DNA of 64,000 bases, from the NCBI GenBank assembly GCA_964440805.1, contig CAYTTR010000007.1, positions 9,795 through 73,794 on the forward strand, read 5' to 3'. The notes beneath the pieces were generated by a model. That model worked only from the letters and a program-made list of their open reading frames with translations. It searched no databases and was not told the DNA's origin. The position numbers were made by a program, and so were the translations under genes. The DNA is from an uncultured Eubacteriales bacterium. GTDB lineage: Bacteria; Acidobacteriota; Aminicenantia; Aminicenantales; Aminicenantaceae. Positions 1 through 8,751 of this stretch are shown here, piece by piece; position 1 is the first letter of the stretch; every line of letters starts with the position of its first letter.

Positions 1-1
1 A

Positions 2-385
2 TGCCGGCCTTTAGCTCCCATTAAACCTGGAGAAGCTGTTATAACCGGGGGACACGGACTGCCGAACCGCTATGTCATCCACTGTCTGGGACCTATCTAC
101 GGTGAAGACAAGCCCGAAGATGAACTTTTGGCCAGTTGTTACCGCAATGCTTTGAAACTTGCGGAACAGCACAAAATTGATTCCATTGCTTTTCCGGCTA
201 TTTCAACAGGAGCTTTTGGTTATCCCATGGAGGAAGCTGCCGAGATAGCCTTCAAAACCATTTTGAAGATTCTCCCGCAGCTTCGCCATGTCAAAAGGAT
301 TCGCTTTGTTCTCTACAGTAAAAGTGATCTGGAAATTCATGAGAAAAAGTTATCCCGATTGCGGGAGCAAGGTCAGGGAGTATAG
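2..385 (+). CDS. Macro domain protein (ADP-ribose / O-acetyl-ADP-ribose processing), 5'-partial at window edge
   Basis: Frame is open from base 2. Translation ...AVITGGHGLPNRYVIHCLGPIYG...IDSIAFPAISTGAFGYP carries the macro-domain core motifs (G-rich loop, VIHxxGP, AFPAISTGxxGxP). The given ORF 128..385 is the 3' part; no start codon lies in the window. Confidence 0.75.
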   Translation, partial: CRPLAPIKPGEAVITGGHGLPNRYVIHCLGPIYGEDKPEDELLASCYRNALKLAEQHKIDSIAFPAISTGAFGYPMEEAAEIAFKTILKILPQLRHVKRIRFVLYSKSDLEIHEKKLSRLREQGQGV

Positions 386-449
386 GCAGTAAATTTCTTG
401 CCGAAAATTAAAATTCGCACTGTTACCAACCGTAAGGATTTAGGTTCTT

Positions 450-1415
450 TTATTCCGTCCAATCAGGAAAGAGATCTCCCCCAGGGGAATCCAGCAGAAG
501 AGAAACTTTTCCTGTTTTTACCTCAACCAGATAGAGAGCCCAGTTTCCGGCTAAACGGCTGCCGTAGTCTTCGACTGAACTGAAGACTATGAACTTGCCG
601 TCCGGAGACCAGGCGGGAAAATACTCATGGGTTTCGTCCATAAAGGTCAGCCTTTTTTTGTTGCTTCCGTCCGGATTCATAAGCCAGATATCTGCTTTAT
701 CATTATTCTCGGTTGAAACATAGGCCAGTTTTTTTCCGTCCGGTGAGAAATGAGCCCGGCAGCTTTTGCCACCTTCCGCCAGAAAAATAGATTCATTGGT
801 CCGGAAATCATGCATGACTGCGTCCCAACCCCGGGTTCTCTTTCCGGTAAAGGAAAATAGAGGTTCAACCGGTGAGTAATCCGGAATTCCGTGGTGGCTG
901 GAAAAGTCCGGAAGAAGCCTTTTGGTTTCCTTTGTCCTGAGGTCTATTTCTTCAATCCAGTTTCTCTTGAAAATACCTTTTGAACGTTCTACGGTATAGG
1001 CAATTTTATTTCCGTCCGGCGACCAGGCGTGTCCGGCGTACCCGATAGGATTCTCCAATTTTTCGGTTATCTGGGTGAGAGTTCGGGTTTCCAAGTCCAT
1101 AATGAAAATCTCATATGTTCCTTGTGGGTTGGCAGCAAAAGCAATTTTATTTCCGTCCGGCGACCATTTGGGGCATTCGTCGTTCCAGGTGTTGTCGGTC
1201 AGTTTTTCCAGCCCTTTTTTGGTTAATAGATAGAGCTCTTCGTCGCCGTCCAGGTCGGAGTAGAAAACGATTTTTCCCTGGATAGGAACCTGAGGTTTCA
1301 AGGAGGATATATCAATTTCAGGCAGGTCTTCCGTGATTTCATTATCCCCGGGGCTACAGAATAATAGAAAAAATAAACTTGTAATGAGAATTAATAGAAA
1401 AATATTTTTTTTCAT
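450..1415 (-). CDS. TolB-like periplasmic beta-propeller protein (PD40/WD40-like repeats), probable signal peptide or lipoprotein
   Basis: N-terminus MKKNIFLLILITSLFFLLFCSPG is signal-like with a Cys. Repeated W/FSPDGxKIAF/Y motifs (WSPDGNKIAFAA, WSPDGNKIAYTV, FSPDGKKLAYVS, WSPDGKFIVFSS) are typical PD40 blades. Confidence 0.6.
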   Translation of the reverse strand: MKKNIFLLILITSLFFLLFCSPGDNEITEDLPEIDISSLKPQVPIQGKIVFYSDLDGDEELYLLTKKGLEKLTDNTWNDECPKWSPDGNKIAFAANPQGTYEIFIMDLETRTLTQITEKLENPIGYAGHAWSPDGNKIAYTVERSKGIFKRNWIEEIDLRTKETKRLLPDFSSHHGIPDYSPVEPLFSFTGKRTRGWDAVMHDFRTNESIFLAEGGKSCRAHFSPDGKKLAYVSTENNDKADIWLMNPDGSNKKRLTFMDETHEYFPAWSPDGKFIVFSSVEDYGSRLAGNWALYLVEVKTGKVSLLLDSPGGDLFPDWTE

Positions 1416-1535
1416 TGTTTTTTTAAAATAACATAGGATTGAAATATTGGCAAACTTCCCGTCAACTTGAAAAAATTTAAAAATCTTGAATAGAGCGAAA
1501 AAGATAAGACTTGTTATCTTAAAAAGAAAAAATTT

Positions 1536-2759
1536 TTACCAGCTCTTTCCCCGTTCATCCTGGAATTTAGAGATGTCGGTTAAAAGGCTTTTTTGCTGCA
1601 TCAGTTCCAGGTGGGTTTTTATAAAGCAGATATTTTTAAGAGAAGAACAATGGTGAATGGTATAACCGGGAGTATGACCGATAGCCAGCACTCCCAGGCC
1701 CGCCAGAACCACCATTTTATAGCGGGCGGCTTTGGCCACTATGGTTTCAGCTTTTTCTGTGGGAGAGACAATGGGCACAGCCGGATAAAAATAGCTTCCT
1801 TCTGCATCCACCGGTATAATCCGGTTATTTCCTTGGGAAAACAGTTTGAGCGCTTGAACCATAGCCCAGGGTGAGTGGGAAAATAGAGCGGATTTGGCGC
1901 TGGAGAAACGGTAAACAGCCTGATGGAGTTTCGTGAAAAAATCTTTTCTTTTTTCCTCAAGCCCAATTCTGAGGATATCCAAAGTTAATCCGTCCGGAGT
2001 TGAGAGACCCGGTGAATAAATCATCTCTCCGCCGTCTCTTACGCTGAGAGAACCGGTGTGAAAAGGGGAGAGTTCCAGTAAAAATACATCCGAGGCTGTC
2101 CGGCAGAACTGGCGGATAAGCTTGCGGTCTTCTGTTGCCTGCTTGTTTTCCGGAGGAGAATAGTCTGGAAGCAACGGGTAAGAGATGTTATTGATTTCCC
2201 GGAATCCAGCATCAAGGAGATTTAAGTAAAGAAGAATTTTAGCTGAGTAATCGAGAAGGCAAAGGAAAAAGAAGGCTTCTTCCAAAGAAGAGCCTCGGAC
2301 AAAAGGACCGTGGGATTTTACCATCATCGACGCCCGGATCTGTAAAATTTCAGGAATTTCTTTTTCCATCTCTGGGGAACCAACCGGATATTTGAATTCA
2401 ACGACCGGAATGTTTTGCAAAAATTTCCGGCCGAGACAATCAACAGGAATTATCTTATCGGTAATAAAGGAAAGAAGAATGGCCGGTAGGGAATGAGCGT
2501 GGATAGCGGAATGGGCGTAGCGGAGGATTTTCTGATGGGTACCGGTTTCAGAGGAGGCCTGGAAAAGGCCTGTCTTTGGCTCATCCAGCCCCACCAGAAC
2601 TATATCCCTGTCGTTTAAATGGCCTTTCATAGAGCCTGTTTTGGTTATTAATATATCCTCTCCCACCCTAAGGGATATGTTTCCGCTGTGGGTATTCTGG
2701 AGGCCGAGAGACAGCATGGCCCGGCCGATATCCCTGATTTTTTTTTTGAATTCTTCCAT
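1536..2759 (-). CDS. Tandem class II aldolase/adducin-domain protein (two fused fuculose-phosphate-aldolase-like domains)
   Basis: The N-terminal half has the GNISLR...HAHS pattern of the class II aldolase/adducin N-terminal domain. The second half repeats it (GSLSVRDGG...FSHSP). It is 407 aa, about twice a normal aldolase_II domain, and lies immediately downstream of AOR-1 on the same strand. Confidence 0.6.
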   Translation of the reverse strand: MEEFKKKIRDIGRAMLSLGLQNTHSGNISLRVGEDILITKTGSMKGHLNDRDIVLVGLDEPKTGLFQASSETGTHQKILRYAHSAIHAHSLPAILLSFITDKIIPVDCLGRKFLQNIPVVEFKYPVGSPEMEKEIPEILQIRASMMVKSHGPFVRGSSLEEAFFFLCLLDYSAKILLYLNLLDAGFREINNISYPLLPDYSPPENKQATEDRKLIRQFCRTASDVFLLELSPFHTGSLSVRDGGEMIYSPGLSTPDGLTLDILRIGLEEKRKDFFTKLHQAVYRFSSAKSALFSHSPWAMVQALKLFSQGNNRIIPVDAEGSYFYPAVPIVSPTEKAETIVAKAARYKMVVLAGLGVLAIGHTPGYTIHHCSSLKNICFIKTHLELMQQKSLLTDISKFQDERGKSW

Positions 2760-2776
2760 TTAGTACCCTGTTCCCC

Positions 2777-4552
2777 TCAGGTTTCAGAGCTCCAGTCACG
2801 GATTTCATAGTATTTCCGGAGCATATGATTGAATTGAGTTTCTTTATCAATAGCCCGATTTTCTCCTGAAATCATTATTTTTTCAGTGAAAAACCGGTCA
2901 GGTAAAGTATCCTCTCTGGTAGAAATCCCTGCCTTGATATTGAAGAAGCGCTCCTTTTCAATTATTCCTTTGGCTTTCTTTTTAAGCTCATGTGGACTTA
3001 GGTCGATTCCGGTGAATCCGGAGTAAATCCGGGAAAGTTCATTTTCGCTAAACGAAAAAAAGGCAAAACGGCAAATTCCCAGCATATCTGCTACACAGCC
3101 TGAATCCTGCTCATCCACTACGTGGTCGGCTACCGTATCCACCAGGAACCTGTCCACTTCCCTTGCTCCTCCAAAGAATCCAAGGGAAATCATATATCCT
3201 CCCTTGAGGTGGCAGCCCCCTCTGGTTGAAGTGGCGTAGCCAAGGGCCTGCATTAAGGTTGAGCGGGGATCATAAGCGGGAAGCTCTAAGCCTTTGACTA
3301 CCATGGCCAGCTCATCAGCACCGAATTTTCGCCCCAGCCTCAGAGCTCCGTCGGCCAGAAAATCGCCTAATCCTTCTCTCAAGCAGGTCAGGCGGGCAAG
3401 CTTTGGCAAATTTTGCAGCTTTCCAAAGGAAAGCCGAAGGCCGTTTGTTTTATTTTGTGTAATTATACCCTTATCGAAAAGTTCCATGGCCAAACCCAGG
3501 GTGTTGCCGAAGGAAATAGTGTCCAGTCCGTAATCATTGCAAACATAGTTGGCCAAGGCTATTTCTTGCAAGTTGTAGTTATCAAGATTGGCCCCCATCA
3601 TGGCCAGCGTTTCAAATTCAGGTCCTTCTCCTTTTTTTTCTCCTGTCCTGGTAATTCTGGTACAGCGAATACGGCAGTTGAAGCAGCCTCCGGGAACAGC
3701 TCCAAGGTTTTTTCTTAAAGATTCTCCCGATATTTTTTCGATGTCCTCTTGTTTGTGCCGGACATCCTGAAAATTGCGGTGAACCAGCATATCGTGCTGG
3801 TAAACAAGCTTGAGCAAGCCGGCAGTTCCCAGCAGAGGGAAAGCTTTGGCTGTAACCGGCAGGGAACGAAGAAGTTTGTTTGCTTGAAAGAGTCCGGTTT
3901 TATATGTTTTTTGATTAACCGGCCGGAATGTTTTAGTTCCTTCAACTACCACTGCTTTTAAATTTTTGGAGCCCATAACTGCTCCGCCGCCTCCCCGGCC
4001 GCAGGTGCGGCTGTAATCATTCATGATCGATGAAATTAAGGCTTTTTTCTCTCCGGCCGGTCCAATTCCCAGAACCCGGCCCCGGGGATATTTTTTCAAG
4101 AGCTTTCCGGTTATCTCAGAAACAGTGTAACCCCATAGCTCCGGGCATTCAATGATATTTGTTTCCTTCTCGGAAATATAAAGATAGACGGGAACAGCCG
4201 CTTTCCCTTTGACAATAAGCATATCGTATCCGGTCCGTTTAAAAGTGTTTCCCCAAAAACCTCCTGAGTTTGAACTGCATATGGTTCCGCTTAGGGGGGA
4301 TTTAAAAGTAACGGAGAATCGGCCTGATGTCGGAGCTGCACTTCCTACCAGTCCCCCCGGAGCGAATACCAGCAAGGATTCTTCTCCCAGTGGGGTGGTA
4401 GAAGGAGATAGATTATGGTTGAGGCAGATTACTCCCAACCCTCTTCCTCCGAGCCCATCGGTTATGAGATTTTGAGACAGGGGATGGCGATTAACTCTGC
4501 CTGAGGATAAATCAACTTCAAGAAAACAATTGTTGTACCCATTAACCGCCAT
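2777..4552 (-). CDS. aor: Aldehyde:ferredoxin oxidoreductase, tungsten-containing AOR family (AOR-1)
   Basis: 591 aa. The N-terminal domain (MAVNGYNNCFLEVDLSSGRV...) and the rest of the sequence resemble the AOR family, including a conserved Cys-rich region and EFETLAMMGANL / GLD motifs. Confidence 0.85.
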   Translation of the reverse strand: MAVNGYNNCFLEVDLSSGRVNRHPLSQNLITDGLGGRGLGVICLNHNLSPSTTPLGEESLLVFAPGGLVGSAAPTSGRFSVTFKSPLSGTICSSNSGGFWGNTFKRTGYDMLIVKGKAAVPVYLYISEKETNIIECPELWGYTVSEITGKLLKKYPRGRVLGIGPAGEKKALISSIMNDYSRTCGRGGGGAVMGSKNLKAVVVEGTKTFRPVNQKTYKTGLFQANKLLRSLPVTAKAFPLLGTAGLLKLVYQHDMLVHRNFQDVRHKQEDIEKISGESLRKNLGAVPGGCFNCRIRCTRITRTGEKKGEGPEFETLAMMGANLDNYNLQEIALANYVCNDYGLDTISFGNTLGLAMELFDKGIITQNKTNGLRLSFGKLQNLPKLARLTCLREGLGDFLADGALRLGRKFGADELAMVVKGLELPAYDPRSTLMQALGYATSTRGGCHLKGGYMISLGFFGGAREVDRFLVDTVADHVVDEQDSGCVADMLGICRFAFFSFSENELSRIYSGFTGIDLSPHELKKKAKGIIEKERFFNIKAGISTREDTLPDRFFTEKIMISGENRAIDKETQFNHMLRKYYEIRDWSSET

Positions 4553-4593
4553 TGAATACTCCGGATGAAATTGTACTATTTTACTGAGGTTTA

Positions 4594-4625
4594 GTTCAAT
4601 AGGGGTTCAATAGGGGAACGTCCCC
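4594..4625. promoter_or_regulatory. Candidate operator: tandem 11-mer GTTCAATAGGG x2 followed by the near-palindrome GGGGAACGTCCCC, in the divergent aor-1 / XRE intergenic region
   Basis: Perfect directly adjacent tandem repeat at 4594-4615, then a 13-nt imperfect palindrome at 4613-4625. It lies 42-73 bp upstream of the aor-1 start (4552) and about 50 bp upstream of the XRE regulator start (4676). Confidence 0.4.
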
Positions 4626-4675
4626 ATTGTATAAAAAAATTATTTGTGGTATTAATTTCATAAAAGAGAGCTGAA

Positions 4676-5026
4676 ATGGCTTTTACTCTTAATGATGTGG
4701 GAAGAAATATCAGAGCTATCCGTTTATCCAGGAATAGCCAATCAAGGCCGGAAAAACCCCTTTTGCAGTTCGAGCTGGCCCAAAAAGCAGGTATTCCTGC
4801 TTCCAGCCTGTGCAACATTGAAAACGGTAAGTACAGAAATCCTACCTGGGAAATATTGAGCAAAATTGCCGGGGCCCTGGAATGTGATGTCTCTGATTTT
4901 TTTGCCCCCCAGGTCAGACAAACTTCTCCTTCAGAGATTGCGCTCAGGGAGCTGGTGGAAACAATTGTCAAGGAAAAGCTGGAATCCCTGCTGCGGGAAA
5001 AACAAATCCGGCGGGTTGCTCCTTGA
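4676..5026 (+). CDS. XRE-family (Cro/C1-type HTH) transcriptional regulator
   Basis: LAQKAGIPASSLCNIENGKYRNPTWEILSKIAGAL matches the HTH_XRE signature (Q...G.S...IS..E.G...P.). It is divergent from aor-1. Confidence 0.7.
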   Translation: MAFTLNDVGRNIRAIRLSRNSQSRPEKPLLQFELAQKAGIPASSLCNIENGKYRNPTWEILSKIAGALECDVSDFFAPQVRQTSPSEIALRELVETIVKEKLESLLREKQIRRVAP

Positions 5027-5358
5027 AGATAAAATCCCCTCTGAAAGTCTATTCAGTTCATTAAGTCTATTCAGATTATTCAATTGATTCATTAAAATAA
5101 AAATAAAGGGAGATGGGCTGGAAGAGTTTACTGCGTTCATAGCGTTTATCTGGTTTGTTTAGTTTATTAAGTCCATCTGGTTTGTTTGGTATAACTGATT
5201 TGAATAAGGCGAGGCGAGCGAGATGGATGAGACTAAATGAACAAGATAAACGAGATAAACATGATAGAAGGGCGAGACGAGCGAAATGAGTAAAAAGAAT
5301 TTTTAGAAAGAAAAGATGAGCATTTTCATTGTTGGTGGGTGACAAAGTTACCAGGATA

Positions 5359-5521
5359 TTAACCTGAACTATTCATAAAAAAGGCCGATTTTAAATAAGA
5401 TTCAATGGAAGAATCAAATGAACTTAATTTCTTTACGTACGCCATGATAAAACCTCTTAACTCATAGATAGTATTTGTGATATAAAAAGTATCGGCCTTT
5501 TTTATGAATAATCCAGGTTAA
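5359..5521. mobile_element. MITE-like non-autonomous element, copy a (short form, about 155 bp) with TTAA flanks
   Basis: Terminal inverted repeat TTAACCTGAACTATTCATAAAAAAGGCCGAT (5359-5389) pairs with ATCGGCCTTTTTTATGAATAATCCAGGTTAA (5491-5521). The same termini recur at 23105, 43065 and 60843. The right TTAA also supplies the stop codon of the adjacent minus-strand kinase gene. Confidence 0.7.
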
Positions 5522-6942
5522 GTGTTGAGAGAAGGGATATTTATATTAAAGGCTGTTCCTTGACGGCGGTCCACCTTCAGACTTCCTTTCAATTGTTTGA
5601 CCAAGTCATTAACTATTTGGAATCCCAGTGATTGTGGTTGGTTAAGGTCTACTTTTTTTGGGAGGCCGATTCCTGAATCTTTGACCTGCAATTGATAGTT
5701 CCCTGCTTTATCCTGAAAAAATTTTATCTTAATTTCTCCCTCTTTCTTTCCAGGGAAAGCATACTTAAGGGCATTGGAAACAAGCTCACTCACCAGAAGC
5801 CCCAATGGAATGGCCCGGCTGAGGTCAAGCTCTATATCTTTTGTCTCGATGGCCATTTGAACCCGTTTCTGGTCGACCGGGTAGGCTTCCAAAAGGCGTC
5901 TGGTCAGGTTTCTTAGGTAAGAGCAAAAATTAACCGTACTGCAGGGAGGCAGGTGGTCTAATTCCTGATGTGAGCTGAGGGTTTTGATAAGCATTTCTCT
6001 TTGTTCTTGAGGATTTAACGATTGTTCTTTTTCCTCCAGGCATTGGGACTGGAGCCGGAGAAGCTTGTAAACGAGGTTCAGGTTCTGGTTAACAGTGTAT
6101 TTGTATTCTTCCATGTCTTTGTGTTTCTCCTTGAGAGCTTCTTCCAGTAAGGCCATTGACATTTTGCGGTCACTTATATCCTTAGCCAAAATTATGAATG
6201 AAAATTTTTCCTTTGTCTCCCAGGGAGTCAAGCATATCTCAATCGGAATTTCACTCCGGTCTTTTTTGCGGCCGATTGCTTCCACCCATTTGCCGGCGAT
6301 TTTTGAGCGGGTAAAAAGAAGGAGACGTTGAATTTCGGCCAGAAACCTTGGGTCTGGATGCTCGGCCAGCAGAATAGAGAACGGTCTTCCCGTTACTTCA
6401 TGCCGGGAATAGCCGAAAAGATTCTCGGCTCCTTGGTTCCAAAAGTAAATAACTCCGCTTCTTCTGGCCAGAATAACTGCTTCATTCATGTTTTCAGCCA
6501 GCTCCTGCCAGGTCCGGCTCGATTCTTTCATCAAATCATAGACTTCCTTGTTGTAAAGAGCGATCTGAAGGGTTGCTTTTATTTCATTGTCTTGGAAAGG
6601 TTTGATAATGTAACCGAAAGGTTCCACTTTCTTGGCTCTTTTTATCAAAGCATCATCACCATAGGCGGTAAGGAAAATGACCGGAATATCCATTTCATTT
6701 TTCAGAATGGAAGCAGCTTCAATTCCATCCAGTTCACCGGGCATTACAATATCCATAATAACCAAGTCAGGCTTAAAAAGACGGGCTTTAGCCACTGCTT
6801 CTTCTCCGGATGAAGCCCTTCCCACAACTTTATATCCCATGTGAGTTAGCCTGACTTCTAAGTGAGTGGTGATGGCAGCTTCATCATCCACTACCAGGAT
6901 TTTTTTCATCCTGAACCTCCTCGCTTGCAATTTTAAATTCAA
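5518..6942 (-). CDS. Hybrid response-regulator receiver + PAS + HisKA_2-type histidine kinase (likely true start at MKKILVVDDE, coordinate 6909)
   Basis: Receiver motifs (ILVVDDE, KPDLVIMD, FLTAYGDD...KPF), a PAS region (AVILARRSGVIYFWNQGAENLFGY) and a C-terminal HATPase_c region (ELVSNALKYAF, DSGIGLP). It overlaps the next kinase gene by 26-59 nt. Confidence 0.75.
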   Translation of the reverse strand: MNLKLQARRFRMKKILVVDDEAAITTHLEVRLTHMGYKVVGRASSGEEAVAKARLFKPDLVIMDIVMPGELDGIEAASILKNEMDIPVIFLTAYGDDALIKRAKKVEPFGYIIKPFQDNEIKATLQIALYNKEVYDLMKESSRTWQELAENMNEAVILARRSGVIYFWNQGAENLFGYSRHEVTGRPFSILLAEHPDPRFLAEIQRLLLFTRSKIAGKWVEAIGRKKDRSEIPIEICLTPWETKEKFSFIILAKDISDRKMSMALLEEALKEKHKDMEEYKYTVNQNLNLVYKLLRLQSQCLEEKEQSLNPQEQREMLIKTLSSHQELDHLPPCSTVNFCSYLRNLTRRLLEAYPVDQKRVQMAIETKDIELDLSRAIPLGLLVSELVSNALKYAFPGKKEGEIKIKFFQDKAGNYQLQVKDSGIGLPKKVDLNQPQSLGFQIVNDLVKQLKGSLKVDRRQGTAFNINIPSLNT

Positions 6943-8092
6943 TTAAAATAGAAGTCCCTTCATGCTGGGTGACATAAAACTTTCCCTTGAGCTGGTCTTC
7001 GACCAAATTTTTCATCAGTTTAAGTCCCAGGGTCCTGGTACTGTCAATGTCCAAGCTCTGAGGAATACCGCATCCGTCATCCTTGATGCGGAGAAAGACC
7101 AGCTCTTTTTCTGCTTTTTTTAGGGCGATTTCAAGTGTTCCTTCCTGGCCTTTCTGGAATGCGTGTTTGTAGACATTGGAAATGGCTTCACTGAGAATAA
7201 TAGCCAGAGGAAGGGCCTGATTTATATTGAGAAAAACCTTGGAATAATCGAGAACCGGGGTTATGAATCTCATTTTGTCGGAATAAACCTGGAAAAGATA
7301 ACTAACCAGATCCTTTATGTAACCTCCCATCTCGATTTGACTGAACCTTCCGCTCTGATAGAGGTGTTCGTGAATCAGGGCCATGGTGTGGATTTCGGCC
7401 CGGGCATCCTGACAAAGCTGCTTAACCTCCTGATAGGAAGGTTGGAGAGCCTTCATGTCAAGCAGGCCAGAAATTATCTGAAGATTGTTTTTGACCCGGT
7501 GATGAACTTCTCTTAGAAGGATTTCCTTTTCTTTCAAGGAGGACTTGAGCTCATCTTCGATTTTTTTCCTCTTGGTTATATCCCGGCAGGTAGAGATGAT
7601 TTGTTTAGGCCGGCTTTTGGCATCTTTAATCAAGGCGGAATTAATTTCCCCAGCAAATCTGGTTCCATCCTTCCGGAGGAAAGAATATTCTTCGTTTTTA
7701 AGAATCCCTCTCCTGAGGATTTTGAGCAGGTTTCTATTGGCCCGTGACCTGTCTTCTGGAGCAATCAGCTCAAAAGCAGATTTTCCAATAAGAGCTTCAG
7801 GTTCTTCATATCCGTGGAGTTTAAGTGTTTCTTCAGAGACATCGGTGATTATCCCTTTTAAGTCGGTAACGGTTACTGCTTCTGGGGAAGCCAAGACTAG
7901 TTTTCTGTATTTTTCTTCACTTTCCTTGAGGGCTTCATCTGCTAACTGGTGCCGGACTCTCCATTTTTCCAAATCATGGATTTTGGCCCTTAATCTCTCG
8001 TTTTCCTGGGTAATTTCTTTCATGGTAGGGAAAGAATTATTCTTTAAAGAGAAAAATGGATGATTAACCTTCTTTTCTTTCGGGAACTTCAA
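6884..8092 (-). CDS. PAS-domain sensor histidine kinase, HisKA_2 family (HRVKNNLQ H-box)
   Basis: Coiled-coil N-terminus, PAS (LVLASPEAVTVTDLKGIITDV...), the H-box EVHHRVKNNLQIISGLL typical of HisKA_2/HWE-type kinases, and HATPase_c (ILSEAISNVYKHAF, DDGCGIP). Confidence 0.75.
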   Translation of the reverse strand: MKFPKEKKVNHPFFSLKNNSFPTMKEITQENERLRAKIHDLEKWRVRHQLADEALKESEEKYRKLVLASPEAVTVTDLKGIITDVSEETLKLHGYEEPEALIGKSAFELIAPEDRSRANRNLLKILRRGILKNEEYSFLRKDGTRFAGEINSALIKDAKSRPKQIISTCRDITKRKKIEDELKSSLKEKEILLREVHHRVKNNLQIISGLLDMKALQPSYQEVKQLCQDARAEIHTMALIHEHLYQSGRFSQIEMGGYIKDLVSYLFQVYSDKMRFITPVLDYSKVFLNINQALPLAIILSEAISNVYKHAFQKGQEGTLEIALKKAEKELVFLRIKDDGCGIPQSLDIDSTRTLGLKLMKNLVEDQLKGKFYVTQHEGTSILIEFKIASEEVQDEKNPGSG

Positions 8093-8560
8093 TTGTTAGT
8101 CTCCCTGCTAACCCTTAATTTCCCCGCTTATAAAGTATAGTCATGTTTATTACTGTGTCAACACTCCTTCTATCTGAGGGGCAATTTTTTCTATTTTTTT
8201 TCTAAAAAATTATCTGTCAGATAAATAAATAATGAATAATTACATTTCCAGGGGGGATTTTTTTAAAATTTTTTTAATAAATTGACAAAAAAAACTTGAC
8301 TTCCTATATTTTATAGGGTTATAAAAAATTGGAACTATGGATAATAAATTATCTGGGGAAATAATTTTAAGTATTTAATGTACTTTTTCGGCTGAAATTG
8401 AAGGAAAGGAGGTAGCCTCCTTCGTGAGAGCCGGAAGAAATTTTAGTCAATCGAAGCCTGAAGATTTATTACCTCCTCTATACCCATCCTTAAAACAACC
8501 GCCATCCTGCCTGGATCAGGATCATATTTTCCATTCTTTAAAGATTACAAGTTTCAAAGC

Positions 8561-8653
8561 TAATTATCCATGGCGGCCTTGCCGCCCGCAAAGGATGAAA
8601 ACGTTCATTTGTCATTTCTGCGGATGCCGGTTGCTTTTCTCGCTTGTCTCGCA
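8561..8653. repeat. REP-B short intergenic repeat, copy 1 (about 90 bp)
   Basis: TAATTATCCATGGCGGCCTTGCCGCCCGCAAAGGATGAAAACGTTCATTTGTCATTTCTGCGGATGCCGGTTGCTTTTCTCGCTTGTCTCGCA is about 80% identical to 18972-19064 and partly to 42955-43034. Confidence 0.6.
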
Positions 8654-8751
8654 TTATTTAAATTTAAATAACGAATTTTCTCATCTGAATGGACGGAATA
8701 GGCTTTTTTATTTTAAAATTAATAAAAATAATTTTTAAAGAAGGAGGGAAT

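Noticed and set aside
3294-3718. Multiple antisense or alternative-frame ORFs inside large genes (e.g. 3294..3533, 3413..3718, 9066..9368, 9719..10111, 17095..17454, 18340..18591, 24064..24408, 30777..31151, 50908..51282)
   Set aside because: They overlap strongly supported genes with clear homology on the other strand or frame. The long ones arise in GC- or AAG-rich stretches where stop codons are rare. None has a recognisable motif.
5076-5345. ORFs 5076..5345(-) and 4931..5140(-) with leucine/serine-rich low-complexity translations
   Set aside because: They lie entirely within the REP-C short-repeat region (GTCTATTCAG, ATCTGGTTTGTTT, GATAAACGAG, CGAGCGARATG repeats). The repetitive amino-acid sequence is a by-product of DNA repeats. 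There is no RBS or homology signal.
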